From Euglena gracilis (Eukaryota): 64,000 nucleotides of DNA. Under the pieces are notes generated by a model, which saw nothing but the letters and a program-made list of their open reading frames with translations, ran no database searches and was not told the origin of the DNA. The position numbers and the translations under genes are program-made. Positions 1 to 12,485 of the stretch are shown here, piece by piece. The first letter of the stretch is position 1. Each line of letters starts with the position of its first letter. The stretch covers positions 41,781,572-41,845,571 of the forward strand of contig CP154954.1 of assembly GCA_039621445.1 (NCBI GenBank). Reading direction: 5' to 3'.

Positions 1-1318
1 TGCTCATTGTGTTCCTGATTTCTTTGGTCAACAGTGCACATGCGTCATTTGCCTGCCCCAGTTCTGTTGCACGCATGAGGTCATTAACTTTGCATGCATC
101 TAGGCATGATCGTAAGAGGCAGAACTGAATATGGGCTTGCGGCAGGTTCAAAAGGGCCCGGCAAGCTTTCTGCACACCTGTTGCACGTTCAGCCCACACT
201 TCCCCCGCAAAGCCACCGCTTTGTGGATGGCAAACCGAGATTCCCAGGGCCCGTATACCAGAATCGGGGGAGTAGTTCACGATTGGGACTGCACGAAGTG
301 GGCTGTTTGGCGGCATTTCAGCACGATTGGCTTCTGTTGCTGCAGGGCCCCACATGCGGCATTTTTTTGTGTTGAGGTGTATGCCTAGTAGCGTCCCCTG
401 TCGTTGAATTTCTGTAATTGCTGCATGTAATTGTGGGAGGGTTCCCAGGATGTGTCCATCATCCAAATACCACAATTGCAGTGGCACCACGTCTTGCAAG
501 GACTCAACGAGAGATTGCAACGCCAAGGCGAATCCGGCTGGGCCACAAGGGTCACCTTGTTGTACGCCAGAGGCACTGCGAAGGTGTGATGACCCACAAA
601 AGAGCGGGCTGTGTTCGGCGTAGCAGCTCTCGAACCAAACGTACGCCTCCGGGCAGCGTTTAGCCACTTCAGCAAGGACTGTCTTTCTTTTTACGCAATT
701 AAAAGCATTGCTGAAATCTACCTGTAACAAAGCCCAGGTGCTGTCCTGTTGCATGCGCAGGTGATTTACTTCTTGCTGAAGTCCCATAGCAATGAGTTCA
801 CATGCCCCCTGGACCCCTACACCGCACTGTAGTGGCTGCAGTTCTTTAAGGCGGTCCCTGATTTTGGGGTGCCTCATCAAATATTTGCCCACCAATCGGC
901 GCAGGCATTCCCCAGCCGCAATTGGTCGCGTGCCATCCTTCTTTGGGTCATGAATGGGGTTGGTATTGCCAAGCTCATCAAGGTTTTCGCTTGGATTGCA
1001 GGGTTTTCGAAGAGGAGTCAAACGGGCACCAGCGAAAATCCATGCCGCAGAGTTGTGGATTCCGTTTGTCAAACATGTTCGGACGAATTGGTCCAAAATT
1101 GTGAGGAGTTGTTCTGATTGTGTCCCCAGGGGATCAGAGAGCATGTCTTTAAGATGATCTGGCCGAAGTCCGGACGGTCCTGGTGAGGACTCCTTCGGGA
1201 AAGACATGACTGCTTTCAGTATTTCAATTAGGCGCTCCCTGGTTGCATCTTCACTCAGGTCGAATTCGAGGCGAGGGAAGTACGGAGGCAGATTTTGCCT
1301 TCCAGGTTGTCTGTCTTG
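1..1318 (-). mobile_element. Non-LTR retrotransposon reverse transcriptase ORF, CRE/SLACS/CZAR-like; 5' part missing, runs off the left window edge
   Basis: Manual minus-strand translation is open from 1318 to near the edge (not in the ORF track, apparently because it has no stop in the window). Motifs: SSPGPSGLRPDHL, RPIAAGECLRRLVGK, LQCGVG, VDFSNAFN, GVQQGDPCGP, WYLDDG, GIHLNTKKC, LLRSCLDACK. In-frame TAA at 1321-1319 upstream. Confidence 0.88.
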
Positions 1319-2073
1319 TTATTTGTCTGGGTCGCGCAGATTAACCAAGATCAAGGTGTGAGGCTATTCTTATTTTTTTAAGTTTTCTTATTTTTTTGCG
1401 GAATTATTTTTTTTGCATCTGCGTCGTCAGTGGAACCTTTTTGGCCCATGTTTTTTTCTTCGAGAAGTTGTGGAAACATTCATGGAAGACAATTGTCTGT
1501 TGACACCCCATTTGGGGGGGGTGGCGTTCAATGTGCGTTGTCCTCCATTGGGGATGGGCCAAAATTTGGCCACTTTTTCAAAAAAAAATATGAAAAGAGT
1601 CACTTTTTTTTGGCAGTTTTTTTGGGTCGGGATGGAGATTTTTAAAGTTTTTTTTAAGTTGGAAAAATCAGCACAATTGTTTTTGGGCCATTTTGGGCGT
1701 CAAAGAATTTTTGTGACCCCCTGGGAGCCATGGCACGTGCAGTGCATGGGGGGGGGGGGTGGCAAATGGGGTCAAACGGCGCGCCTGGTCCCCACAGTTT
1801 GGGTCAGCCATGTTGATCCAAAATTATTGGCGCAAAGTTTCAGAATTTTTTGAGTAATGTGAAAACCCCAGCCCCCCCCCCCCCAGGGGATGGGGTTCAG
1901 GGGGTGCTGACTCAAAACGTGTCGGAAATTTCCAGTTCCAGTCGGTTTCACCTGACTCAACCTGACCCAAAAACCTTCAAATATTTTTTGGCCAAGAACC
2001 CCCCCCCCCCGCTTCCATTCAAGGATGTTGTTTCCTTCACTGAATTTTGACGCCATTCGTCGGAAAGGATGGC

Positions 2074-2090
2074 TGTCTTTTTTTTTCCAG
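2074..2090 (+). promoter_or_regulatory. Polypyrimidine tract + AG splice acceptor (spliced-leader trans-splicing or cis) upstream of the amastin-like start codon
   Basis: tgtc-poly(t)-ccAG ending 2090, followed by gtgag and the ATG at 2096. Confidence 0.55.
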
Positions 2091-2095
2091 GTGAG

Positions 2096-2465
2096 ATGGC
2101 TTTCACCGCAAAGCGTGAGCATCACCCAGCATTGCCCCTATACCTTTTAACTAACGCTCTTCTCTTCCTTGCCATCCTCCTTGGATTCATCGCACTGTTT
2201 GTGCCTTGGGCTCAAAAAGACGTCGCTGTTGGTTATCGTGCTTTTTCGTACCCATTCAAGACGTGCTATGTGCCAACAACCAGTCCAGTGCATCAAGAAA
2301 CTTGCATGGACAATGACTTTATTGCTGGCCCAAAGGGAGCTCCTGTGACAGCCGGTGACGCCACTTGCAAGACATTCATCATCACTGCTATCGCCCTGGG
2401 ATTTTGCGGAGTGTTTGGTGGATTTTTGGTTTTCTTGTTTCTGATCTGGGTGATCGTCAGGCTTT
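2096..2465 (+). CDS. Four-TM amastin/claudin-like membrane protein, exon 1 of 3
   Basis: MAFTAK...LLFLAILLGFIALFVPW (TM1), Cys-containing loop (KTC...ETC...ATC), FIITAIALGFCGVFGGFLVFLFLIWVIV (TM2). Joins exon 2 in frame as ...RL-W-YRP. Confidence 0.8.
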
Positions 2466-3724
2466 GGGCAGGCTATTCCCTGCAAGGGACAGGAGCAACT
2501 CATTCGGACTGTTCCGTTGGTTGATACTCGGAAGTGCATCAACTCCGTTAGTCAATCGGGTATTTGTTCACTGCTCGACCCCCACCCAAAATTTTTCAAG
2601 TCGTCGGGTTATTTGAAGGAGTAGGGTTAGGGCGACATGGCCATGCTCGACGCCCCTTCGACGCCTCACACGCGTCCCCCATGTTTTTAGCCCCAGTTGG
2701 GCAGCTCTTTGGGTTCGCTGGAGACACCAATCTAACAACGTTGAGCGGGAAATGTTCTGCTGTTTGCATAAGAATTGTAACCCCAACCCTGCTCCTTCAA
2801 AGAACGTCAGAAAATCTTTTTGGCCACGGGAAAACACCATCAGCAAACTTTTTTGCCTTTGGTTGGACTGGCGGGGATGCCCCCCCCCCGCACCATACAT
2901 ACCATAATAGCCCTTCTTTATGTTCCACAGGGTTTGGCAAGGGTCTGGATGTTTCTGAAATGGAAAACTACAGAAGTCGTTTCAATCGACCACATGGTCG
3001 GCCTGACCACCATTTGGGGGGTGTTACCCCCGCGTCCCCCCCCCGTCCCCCCCCCTCCGCGTCCCCCCCACGTCCCGGATTTTGGCCGGGCACGTTTTTT
3101 GGTCGACCAAAGGAAAATTACATACCGGAGGGGAAAAAATTGGATGCCGAAATAATTGATTGGGAAAAAATTGGCGTACAGAAATCCTGCCAAATTTTTC
3201 CGGGCCTTTTTTGAAAATCCTGCCTCAAAATTTTGAAAATCACCCTTTTCCCAGTCATCTTGCATACAAAACCTGCCAATTTTTTCCGGGCCGTTTTCAG
3301 GTTTGGCACCAATTTTTTCGGCTTCCAATTTTGTCGGGTCTAATTTTATCTAGCTTCAATTCCCCCCCCCCCCCGGTACAAATTTGGGTGACGCCAAAGA
3401 AAACGTGTGGGGGTGGTTGGGCCACGGTTCCCCCCCCCCCGGGTCCCATAACTGATGCCCCCCTTCTGAAGCAGCCAAAACGGGCAGGCACATTGAGCAA
3501 TTTTGAAATTTTAAAGTTCCTGAGAAAGCCAATCCCCTGAACGTCCAAGTGCAATGAAATTTGGAAGGTGAAATAGGGCTCCGATTCCACGTCCATACGT
3601 CCATACAAAGTTTGGCCAGTTTTGGACATGGGGGGTCATTATGGGGGGTGTAAATTGACAGGGCGCCGGGCAATGCACGCGCGTTGCCTTGCTGCTTCTT
3701 TCCTTTTGTGAGTTGCCTGGTGCT
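2466..3724 (+). other. Euglenid nonconventional intron (1259 bp)
   Basis: Begins gggCAGgc, ends gcCTGgtgct (CAG +4..+6, CTG -8..-6). Ends are complementary (caggc/gcctg); removal restores the reading frame (t|gg = Trp). Confidence 0.8.
2928..3539. mobile_element. Degenerate hAT-like MITE inside intron 1
   Basis: Termini cagggtttggc / gccaatcccctg; flanking 8-mers atgttcca vs aacgtcca (5/8). Confidence 0.4.
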
Positions 3725-3945
3725 GGTATCGCCCCATCAAATCTGCCATTGGTGCACAGATCTGCATCATTCTTGCTTGCATCTGCTGTGCATTGTGTTG
3801 GATACTTTTCATCTGCTATGCCGAACGCACGTGCCGACCCTACACAATCTTCCCTGTGAAGGGTTATTCTTATGGGTTCATCCTCTTTATATTTGCAACA
3901 GCGCTGTCCCTCGCCTCGGTTGTGACAGGTTTCATGGCCTTGATG
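3725..3945 (+). CDS. Amastin/claudin-like protein, exon 2 (TM3, TM4)
   Basis: YRPIKSAIGAQICIILACICCALCWILFICYAERTCRPYTIFPVKGYSYGFILFIFATALSLASVVTGFMALM; GYSYGF precedes TM4 as in claudin/amastin-fold proteins. Confidence 0.8.
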
Positions 3946-4842
3946 GATCAGGGGCTGGAGCACCGCCTTAAGATTGCAAGCTAACCCCCCCCCCCAAATA
4001 ACCTGGCGGGGTGCCAGGTTATTGGAACCAACTTTTGTCCCCCCCCCTGAGCATCATAAAGGAATTTTGCCTATAAAGGGGGGTGCCAAGTTACTGGAAC
4101 CATATTTTTTGCCCTTCCCCCCGCCAAGTTATTCGACCCCTGCCACGAGCAAGGACCCCGCCAGGTTATTTGGGGATATTTTTTTGCCAGTGTTTCTGAA
4201 TTTTTATTTGTTGGCCCAAGCATGCAGTCACTAAACATCATTGGCAGGTGGCCGACGATCCCCCTCACAGGAACAAGAACATGGGGGGGACAGGCTGCTT
4301 CCTTTTTTTTTCATTTACCGCGGAGTACCCAAGGTGATTCCAGGCAAGACATCCAAAGGCCTTTTTAAAAAACTCAGAAGCCCCTCCCCCCCGAGAAGGA
4401 TGGGTGGGCAGGCTTGGGAACTGCCCCTCGGGGGGGGGGGGGACCCAGGGTGCCAGACCCTTTTCCCGGAGTGTCATGGCTACCTTATATATGTTTGCCC
4501 CAAGCCCAAATATTTTTGCCACCCGTCCCTGGTATTTTTGCCACCCCATCTAAATATTTTCGCCTCCCGTGTACACCTTTCTGCCCCCTGTTCCTTTTTT
4601 TTTGCCCCAAAGAGCCACAATGTCCAGTCAAAATGTTTCTGATTCCAGAGCCAGAGGCAGGTTGAAAGGGCATTACAATTTGCTGAATGTTGAACACCAT
4701 TTCTGCTGCATATCAGCAGCGATTTTTTTTACTCAAAGCAGCCTGATTTCTATACAAAAACCGACCGACACAAACAGATTCAGCAGGGACGCCGGGCGCG
4801 AGCGAAGCGATTCAGCGCCCCTGCTGAATCGGTCGATTTTTC

Positions 4843-5895
4843 TAAAACCTATTTTGTCTGGGCCCGACGCCTGTCTTGAAATTCATTCAACCGAACCGCC
4901 TGGACGGAAATATGGCCAAAAAAGTGGTTTTTGGCCCATTGACGGGCGCCTGAATGGAAACCGTTAGACATAAACGGGCGCCTGAATGGGAATCGACCGA
5001 CATAAACGGGCGCCTGAATGGAAATCGACTGACATAAACGGATTCCGATGTCATGGAAATCGACCAACCTTTTGTGTGCTTTTCTGAATGCTTTTTTGTT
5101 CCATTTTGGGACATTGTCAATTTCAGCCTGAAGTCCGTTAATGTCGACCTTTTTTCTCATTTTTCTGAATACTTTTTTCTTCCATTTTGACAGAATAGAA
5201 TAATAACAATAGAAATTCCAACACAGGCGTGGAGCCCAGAAAACAGGCTAGTTTTAACAGTTGCCACCCCTCACCAGAAAGCTTTTCTTTCAGACGACCA
5301 ACGATGACAACTGAATCGGGCCAAAAAATGATAATCTTAAGTTCCGTCCTTCCGTCCGTTCCATCCAAAATTCAGCCAGCTGTGATCACCTGACCCCCCC
5401 CTCCAAAAAAATTCATCCAAATATGAAGGAAAATGACTCGAAACCCACCCAAATGCCTTCCAAAACCCCCAACCTGACCACCATTGGTCAGTAGCCATGG
5501 TCGCTAGCGACCATGGCATGGTCACTAGTCGCTAGCGACCATGGTCGCTAGGGACCAGTCGCTAGCGACGACCAAAAAATATATCACCAATTTCCCGCAA
5601 TCAGTCGCAAAATTTGTTTTTTTGTCTGGTTCATAACGCCTCCAGAACCCCACAGGACCAAAAATGTCGAAAAAATAGGGAAATCCAAAATGTCCAAAAG
5701 TCACTAAAAATTCCCAATCAGCAACAGATTTCAATGGAATGGAAATCGACCGACATAAACTGGCGCCTGAATGGAAATCGACCGACATAAACGGGCGCCT
5801 GAATGGAAATCGACTGACATAAACAATTTCAGGCTGAAATCCGTTAATGTCAGCAGAATTTCAAGACAGGCGTCGGGCCCAGAAAATAGGTTTTA
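4843..5895. mobile_element. MITE with ~40-bp terminal inverted repeats and internal ~33-bp tandem repeats
   Basis: taaaacctatttt(g)tctgggcccgacgcctgtcttgaaattc at 4843 and its reverse complement ending 5895; gacataaacgggcgcctgaatggaaatcgacc repeats at ~4945-5040 and ~5735-5825. Confidence 0.7.
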
Positions 5896-6484
5896 ACTGG
5901 TTTTCGCTTTTAGGTGGGAAAAAAAACCGAGATGCTTACAGAGCTGTGAAAACTTCTCTTCGCCCTCCTGTGGCCTTTTTTGTTTCAGATTTCCAGATCA
6001 GATTTCATTACATTTGTTTCAACGGCTCATTGCGGGAAATTGGCCGTGGAACTTTTGGTGGTCGCTGGCGACCGGTCGCTAGCCATGGTCGCTAGCGGCC
6101 GTTGGTCACGGTCAACCGACCATTGGTAGTCGGAGCGACCGGTCGCTAGCGACCACCCAAATTTCGACCCCCCCCCCCTCCAGAAAATTCGGGCCAGGAG
6201 GGGGGTGGGACACCCCCCCTCCCCCACCTAAACAGTGGCGCGGTCTGGGTGACCGAAAATTTTTGACCCCCCAAAAACGACCAAAAGTGCCATTTTGGGC
6301 ACTTTTTGGCAAAAAGGTGCAAAAAATGCAAAAAAAATTCGGCGCACAGCGCGAAGGAAAAAATTGCCCCTTTCAGGGGGGGGGTCCGGACCACCCCCCC
6401 CCCCACCTGTCCTTATATCGAACCCTGCCCCCCCCCCATTGGGATGTAATACAAAACCCCCGTTGTACTGCAAAACGATGCTAC

Positions 6485-6815
6485 CAGGGCCAGACGCTCA
6501 TGTAATGCCACGCGCACCGTAAACAAAACCGTCCCAAGGCGCCTTCGGCGCCCTTGGTCATCTAGCGGGGGGGGGCCCCCCCCCCGCACCCCCCCCCGCC
6601 CTCCAATAACAAAATCCCCTCCGGGGGGTAACCGACCCAGGGCCAGGCGCGCATGTAATGCCACGCGCACCGTAAACAAAACAGTTCCAAGGCGCCTTCG
6701 GCGCCCTTGGTCGTCTAGGGGGGGGGGCTGCCCCCCCCCCCCCCGCACCCCCCCCCGCCCTCCAATAACAAAATCCCCTCTGGGGGGGTAACCGACCCAG
6801 GGCCAGGTGCGCATG
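6485..6815. repeat. Tandem repeat, ~2 x 155 bp
   Basis: catgtaatgccacgcgcaccgtaaacaaaac...gggtaaccgacccagggccag occurs twice in tandem. Confidence 0.75.
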
Positions 6816-8271
6816 TACCCTCACCCCCCCCTCCAGGCACCATGGGGCCCCAAAACGGCCACTCTGGGGGAGGGTGCACTTTGGGGGGGGGGGTAAATTT
6901 TTGGGCTTTGGCGCCTAACGACAGTGGCCTCTTTGAGGGGGGTAAAGCAAATTTGACAAAAAATTTTGGCCACTTTGAGGGGGGGGTGAGGGTAATGCCA
7001 CCCCCCCGCCGCCCCCCCCCCCCCCCCGTACCCCCCCCCCCCGCCTTTCAATGACAAAGTAACGTAAACATTGTAAAAGCAGAAAAAGGAACTTTTCATA
7101 TAAAATTTCATGGCTTTCTCTGGGGGAAATTTTTCCTTCACAGGGGGGGGGGGGGCTTAAAAATTTTCTGAGAGGGGGGGGGGCGAATTTTTGGTGGTTG
7201 CTAGCGACCGGTCGCTCCGACCACCAACGGTCGCCAGAATTCGGTCGCTAGCGACCATGGTCGCTAGCGACCACCAAAAGTTCCATGGCCAATTTCCCGC
7301 TCGGAGCCTGTTTCAACAACCCCACCTTTTATTGAAGCGGAAATGCCATTACCACAAAAGCCGATGGACCTTAAAATTTGTCCCATTCCAACCTTTCCCA
7401 AATGAGTTGCATTCAAGCCCTTTTGGGCTGTTTTCTCAAATGCAATTGGCGGTCAATGGACAATAAAACTCCACAACCAACATGTGGTGTTGGGAAAAGT
7501 CAAAGGAGTTCTTGGACTTTTCCAAATGCCAAATTCTGGTTGTGGATGATTTTGAGTTCCTCTCTGTCTGAGGAGAGAATTCTCATGGGTGATTCCGACT
7601 TCTTTTGAAGTCATTGGTTTTGAGGCAGTGGGAAAGGGGGGGGCTTCCCCTTCTTATGAATCCGCTTATGACTTATGTGTTCACATATTTGTGCATTTTT
7701 TGTGCGAATAAGTAGTTTGTGTGCTTTACAGAGTGCATGTGTCTGTAAACCCCCCCCAAATAATAAACCCCCCCAGTTTATTATTTGGACACCTGAAGTC
7801 AGGGTCCAGGGGGGGGTTTATTATTTGGGGGGGGGTTTATTATTTGGGCAAAATTTTCGAAGGCAAAAATCGGCCCGAAAACCCCTCCACAGGCTCCAAT
7901 GGTCACTTTTTTGGCATTTTTGGGCTTTTTTGAAAATTGGGTGCTTTTTTGGCACATTTTCTGCACCAATTTTTTCCATTTTTGTGATTTTTGGCAACAT
8001 TTCTGTCAATTTTTGACTCTTTTTTTCTTTGGCTTCCCACCTGCTGGAGGGGGGGTTTATTATTTGGGCGGCCGAAGTCGGTCCTCGGGGGGGTTTATTA
8101 TTTGGGGGGGGGTTATTATTTGGGGGGGGTTTATTATTGTTCCTGCACGTGCTGACAATTCGAAACTTGCTGCAGAGAAATTCTTACAAAATTGAAATTT
8201 ATAATTGTCAAAGGGCCCAAATATTTTGGGTTCAAGTGGTGCGTTGGTGGATGTGTTGTACATTGTACAAG

Positions 8272-9612
8272 CAGGGGCAGGGAGATATTCCGGTCCGGAA
8301 TAAACCGGAATAAACCGGAATAGCGAAAACCGGAATAAACCGGAATAAACCGGAATAACCGGAATAAAAGTGCCAGCCAATGCCTTGAAAATTTTCTGCA
8401 AGACAAAGGCAATGAAGGTGAAGTTTGACATATTTTCAGGTTTCAAAACCACAAGAGCAACAAAGAGCGCAAGTGTAGCACAATTGGCTCTTGTTATCAG
8501 GAGCACACCTTCACTTTGCCTATTTCTCCCCCTGGTTGAATGCATTTTTTGTTTGGATTTTATCCCCCTTGTGGGGGGGGCTGTGCTTAGTGAATGTTTC
8601 TTCCTGAGTTCCAAAGGGATATGAACCAGGACAATATCAACTCCAATTTTTGGGGCAGGAATCCCATTAAGCAAAGCGATGCATCCTTCAATCAGGGGGT
8701 AATAACACTCTTAGGCGGCCTGACTTGCATTTAAGGTTTTGATTTTTGCATTGCGCTTAAGTGCAACGTTGCATTCTTTTTGAAACCCGGGGTTTCACCC
8801 TTTTGGCCCCTGAGGTTCCGTGGGGACCCTCCACGGTGACACGTGCATCATTTGCGTTCTTGGGACCCAGGAAACAGGCTCTTTTGGTGTTTTTAAGCCT
8901 GTGCTCCATTTTAAAGGGTTCAAAACCCCGGGTCTGAACGCCGGGCCACGTGAATTTCCCAAGCTTTAACTGTGTTCCCCAGATGGTGCTACACAGGCCA
9001 GGGGAATTTTGGCCTGTTATGTTGTTGTTTTTTAGACTCTGCGATCTTTCCATGAAGGTTTGCCAGCTGAGGTGTCCGCTTCGGCGCACAGTTTTAGACC
9101 AAGGACAGTGTTGTGGGCCAAAGTTTTAGGGGGGATTCTGGTTTATTCCGGTCAATTTCTGTCTGAATGGACTTAGGATTTTTTTGAAATGCAATTGGGC
9201 CGAGGCGCTCACCCGGGCTTCAGGAATAGGGATGCATTCCTTGGTTGCCCCGTCCAGCCAAGTGGTCACTTCGCACTTGGTGATGCGGGTCTGCACACCA
9301 CAGTAGACCCTGGCCTTTTCAGGAAAAACAAGCTAATGAAAATTGGGTCAACATGTGTTTTCATTGAGCATCTGTGAATTGCGCACGCTCATGCATAATG
9401 AAAACGCAAGAGTTATATTGCGCCACGGCACAATATAAATACAATTTTTTATGTCAAGAACTGTGTTTGGGCTGAGTTAAGGGGAGCCCAGGGGTGGGGA
9501 CCACAGCGCCTTTGCCCCTTCGGCGCAAAAAAATTCCGGAATAAACCGGAATAAACCGGAATAAAACACCGGAATAAAATTTTCGGCCGACCGGAATATC
9601 TCCCTGCCCCTG
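8272..9612. mobile_element. TIR element or composite with 24-bp perfect CAG...CTG inverted ends and ccggaataaa subterminal repeats
   Basis: caggggcagggagatattccggtc / gaccggaatatctccctgcccctg. Flanks do not match, so the two ends may belong to different copies. Confidence 0.6.
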
Positions 9613-9977
9613 ATTTAAGGTTCCACATCCTTTCCCATGCACGTTAGATGCCTTTGCAGCACCAGTGCCTAAAACGTGTACCCATTTCCAAGTGCCAAGG
9701 GTCCTGGGAGTCCCGGGAGTTGTAATTGCCAGATGTGACGAAAAAAAACGAGGATTAGGGGCAAAGTTAACCAGGTCAAGGCACGAAAATTTGTAGCAGG
9801 GCCGGGGGGGTGAAAGGTTCCTGGCCTGGGGGCAGAAATTAGTAAGGTTAGCCATAAACGAGGAGGGGGGCTTGTCCCGGACCCCCTCTCTTGGAAAAAA
9901 CCTGACGCAAACACGAAGCACCAGAAATTTTTTTTGCTGGGGTCGGTGAGGAATTGTGTGGTCCAGAGTCTGTTGCC

Positions 9978-10142
9978 AAGCTGAAGAATTATCAGCTGCT
10001 CTCCCTGGATGAACAAGAGAAGGATATTGATATGGACGTCCAGGCACCCCAAATGGACATTGTTTACCCAGAGTATTCTCCTCAGGGCGCTGTTCCAACA
10101 CCTGTTGTCCAGTACCCCACCTACACCCCTGTTATTGACTAG
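9978..10142 (+). CDS. Amastin/claudin-like protein, exon 3 (P/Y-rich cytoplasmic tail, stop)
   Basis: KLKNYQLLSLDEQEKDIDMDVQAPQMDIVYPEYSPQGAVPTPVVQYPTYTPVID*. Total CDS 370+221+165 = 756 nt, 251 aa. Confidence 0.72.
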   Translation, partial: KLKNYQLLSLDEQEKDIDMDVQAPQMDIVYPEYSPQGAVPTPVVQYPTYTPVID

Positions 10143-10814
10143 TATGTGTGCTTTTGCATTGTGTTGAAGCGGGTGTTTTCTCTGGGTTTGCTGAAAGTTC
10201 ATAAGGCAAATTCCTGGGTCCCCTCAAAAATAACCCTGGGGGGGTCCCGGGCCAGTGTGGGTTTTGGCGCGAAGCACTGAAAAATCTTTGGGAAATGGCC
10301 TTAGACGGCCGATTTGGGGGGGGGGACCCGGGGGGGGGTCCCACGCCGGGCTGGGGTGGGTTTGACCCTCCCCCGGTTCTTAAAGCCCGGGTCTTGAAGC
10401 CTGCAGGGGGGGGGACTGCAGGTCCCCCCGCCCCCTCCCCATTTCTCTTTCGCCATTCCTGTGTGTCAATATCTCAACGCGATGAAGTCCTGATTTTTGG
10501 CAGACTATTTTTCAATATTCAATGCAACAGTCAATTTAACACAACGTTTTACAATACGCTTTTTTTGAGTGAATGAATCCAATCCTACTGCAGCTCAATT
10601 GGCAAGGCGTCTGTTTTCTGAAACAAATGTTTTGGAATCTGTTTGTTTTCATTGGTCTGATTTTTTTGGCAGTTGTGTTCAACTGTTCAATCAGAAAATA
10701 TTTCACATTAATTTGCAACCCATTTGTAATGTGCTTGATGATTCTTCCTAATTGTTTTCAATGGTGCGTTGTGTTTTGGGGAGGGGACAAAATTTGGTCA
10801 AAAATAAGTGCCTG

Positions 10815-10970
10815 TTGGGGTTCAAACCGGGGCCAGCAAATGTGGAATCCTAAGTTTTGGTTACCTTAGCCTCCGGGGAGCCTCCGCGGAAGCCTCTGTG
10901 GAGGCTGGTTACCTTGGAGCCTCCGCGGAGGCTGGTAACCTTGGAGCGTCCGCGGAGGCTCCTCGGAGGG
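10815..10970 (+). repeat. Partial copy of the SINE-like family with 27-bp palindromic repeats
   Basis: ggttcaaacc...tggaatcctaagttttggtt followed by ggttaccttggagcctccgcggaggct units, as at 12165-12485. Confidence 0.55.
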
Positions 10971-11314
10971 AACCACTGTTGTACAACCACTGTTGTACAC
11001 AGGCCATGTCTGAAAATAGGAAAAATATTTTTACGGGTTGACGCCAATCTCCCTCCACACCCCTTCCTCCTGTTCCCCACACTACTGCCCAGAGGAAGAG
11101 GAATTTTATTTTAATTTTTTCTCCCCCATCTCCACAAAAAAAACATTTTCCCCCATTTTTGCTGTGTATCCCCCAAAAAATTTAAATTTTTTTAGACTCC
11201 AACACTGCCCACATCGCCACAAAGAACAAAGCTTTTCGCCCTCTCACACGCACCCATCCCCTCCATTTTCCACAAAAAGCGATTTCCATTGATGTGGTAC
11301 AGACCGTTCACCCA

Positions 11315-11545
11315 TTTTGCCGTTTACGCCATGTCCGCCAAACTTGTTGAAAACCATTCATCCATTTGATACAAAAACGCCATGTCCGCCTGATTTTGCT
11401 TTTACCGTTTACCGATTTGCTATTGACGCCATGTCCGCCAAACTTGTTGAAAACCATTATCCATTTGCTACAAAAACGCCATGTCCGCCTGATTTTTGCT
11501 TTTACTGTTTACCCGTTTGCTATTTACGTCATGTCCGCCAAACTT
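11315..11545. repeat. Tandem repeat, ~2 x 100 bp built on acgccatgtccgcc
   Basis: The catgtccgcc core recurs five times, with alternating spacers. Confidence 0.7.
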
Positions 11546-11613
11546 TGTCCACACAAAAGGATGTTGTCATTGGGCAGCGGGGGAGGGGGGCAGGGGGGAG
11601 AGGGGAAGGGGAG

Positions 11614-11645
<32 letters not shown>

Positions 11646-12164
11646 AGGGGGCCGCAGGCCCCCTCCCCCCCGGGCACAGCCAAATGGACACCACTTTGGG
11701 TTTCACCTGACCTTTTTTTTTTTTGCAACATCACATCCATGCTGACGTGCAGTTTGCTACCATCACCCCCCCAAGTGACTGTTGGTTCACCTGGTTGAAA
11801 ACATTTCAGTGCAATCCAGGATTAAAAGTTGTGGCAAATCCCAGTGGGATCACAATCTCAGGTACAATTTTGGCCTCTGGATAATTTAGGTATTATTCTG
11901 GCTGAATAAATTCATTTTCGGTTTTGTTTAAGCTCAATGTTGCCTCCCAAAGTCCGTGAATTTCTTTACGTCTGTTAGTCTGGGAATTAGTCCGTGAAGT
12001 AGTCCGTGAATGATTTTCCCCTCTGTGCAAATGGGCAGCAGATGATCTGCCACTGAGTGCAGTCACCGTGTTTGACATTGAAGAATGTTTCTCTTTATAA
12101 TACAAAAAAACAAACAAACAAAAAAATTCCTGTTCAGTTGTATGTTCCCAACATGCTCCTGCAA

Positions 12165-12485
12165 AATTGGTTACCTTGGCCTCCGAGGAGCCTCCTCGGA
12201 GCCTCTGCGGAGGCTGGTTACCTTGGAGCCTCCGCGGAGGCTGGTTACCTTGGAGCCTCCGCGGAGGCTGGTCACCTTAGCCTCCGCAGAGGCTGGTTAC
12301 CTTAGCCTCCGAGGAGCCTCCACAGAGGCTGGTTACCTTGAGCCTCCGCGGAGGCTCCGCGGTGCCTCCCCGGAGCCTCCTCGGAGGCAACCAAAAAGTT
12401 AGGATTCCACTTTTGCGGTAGACCCGTTCAAACCCAGGTTTTCCGCGTGACGGACAGAAGCTCTATCCACTGAGCCACAGTCACC
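12165..12485 (-). mobile_element. tRNA-headed SINE-like element with a tandem 27-bp palindromic body
   Basis: Minus strand 12485-12415 reads ggtgactgTGGCTCAGTGGatagagc...GGTTTGAAC (Pol III A- and B-box-like, degenerate cloverleaf), followed by tandem units containing the palindrome AGCCTCCGCGGAGGCT. Confidence 0.55.

Larger units (their letters stand above)
3946..9977 (+). other. Euglenid nonconventional intron (6032 bp), filled with MITEs
   Basis: Begins gatCAGgggctggagcac, ends gtggtccagagtCTGttgcc. Ends pair (cag...ctggagcac with gtggtccag...ctg); joins ...ALM to KLKNY... in frame. Confidence 0.75.

Noticed and set aside
1351-1380. Spliced-leader-like sequence at the CRE junction
   Set aside because: Only low-complexity T-rich resemblance.
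4943-5825. ~33-bp repeats as a CRISPR array
   Set aside because: Head-to-tail copies without unique spacers, inside a MITE, no cas genes, eukaryotic context.
12165-12390. Palindromic 27-bp repeats as CRISPR
   Set aside because: No spacers; dispersed copies linked to a tRNA-like head.
12415-12485. Functional tRNA gene
   Set aside because: Acceptor and T stems pair poorly; treated as a SINE head or pseudo-tRNA.
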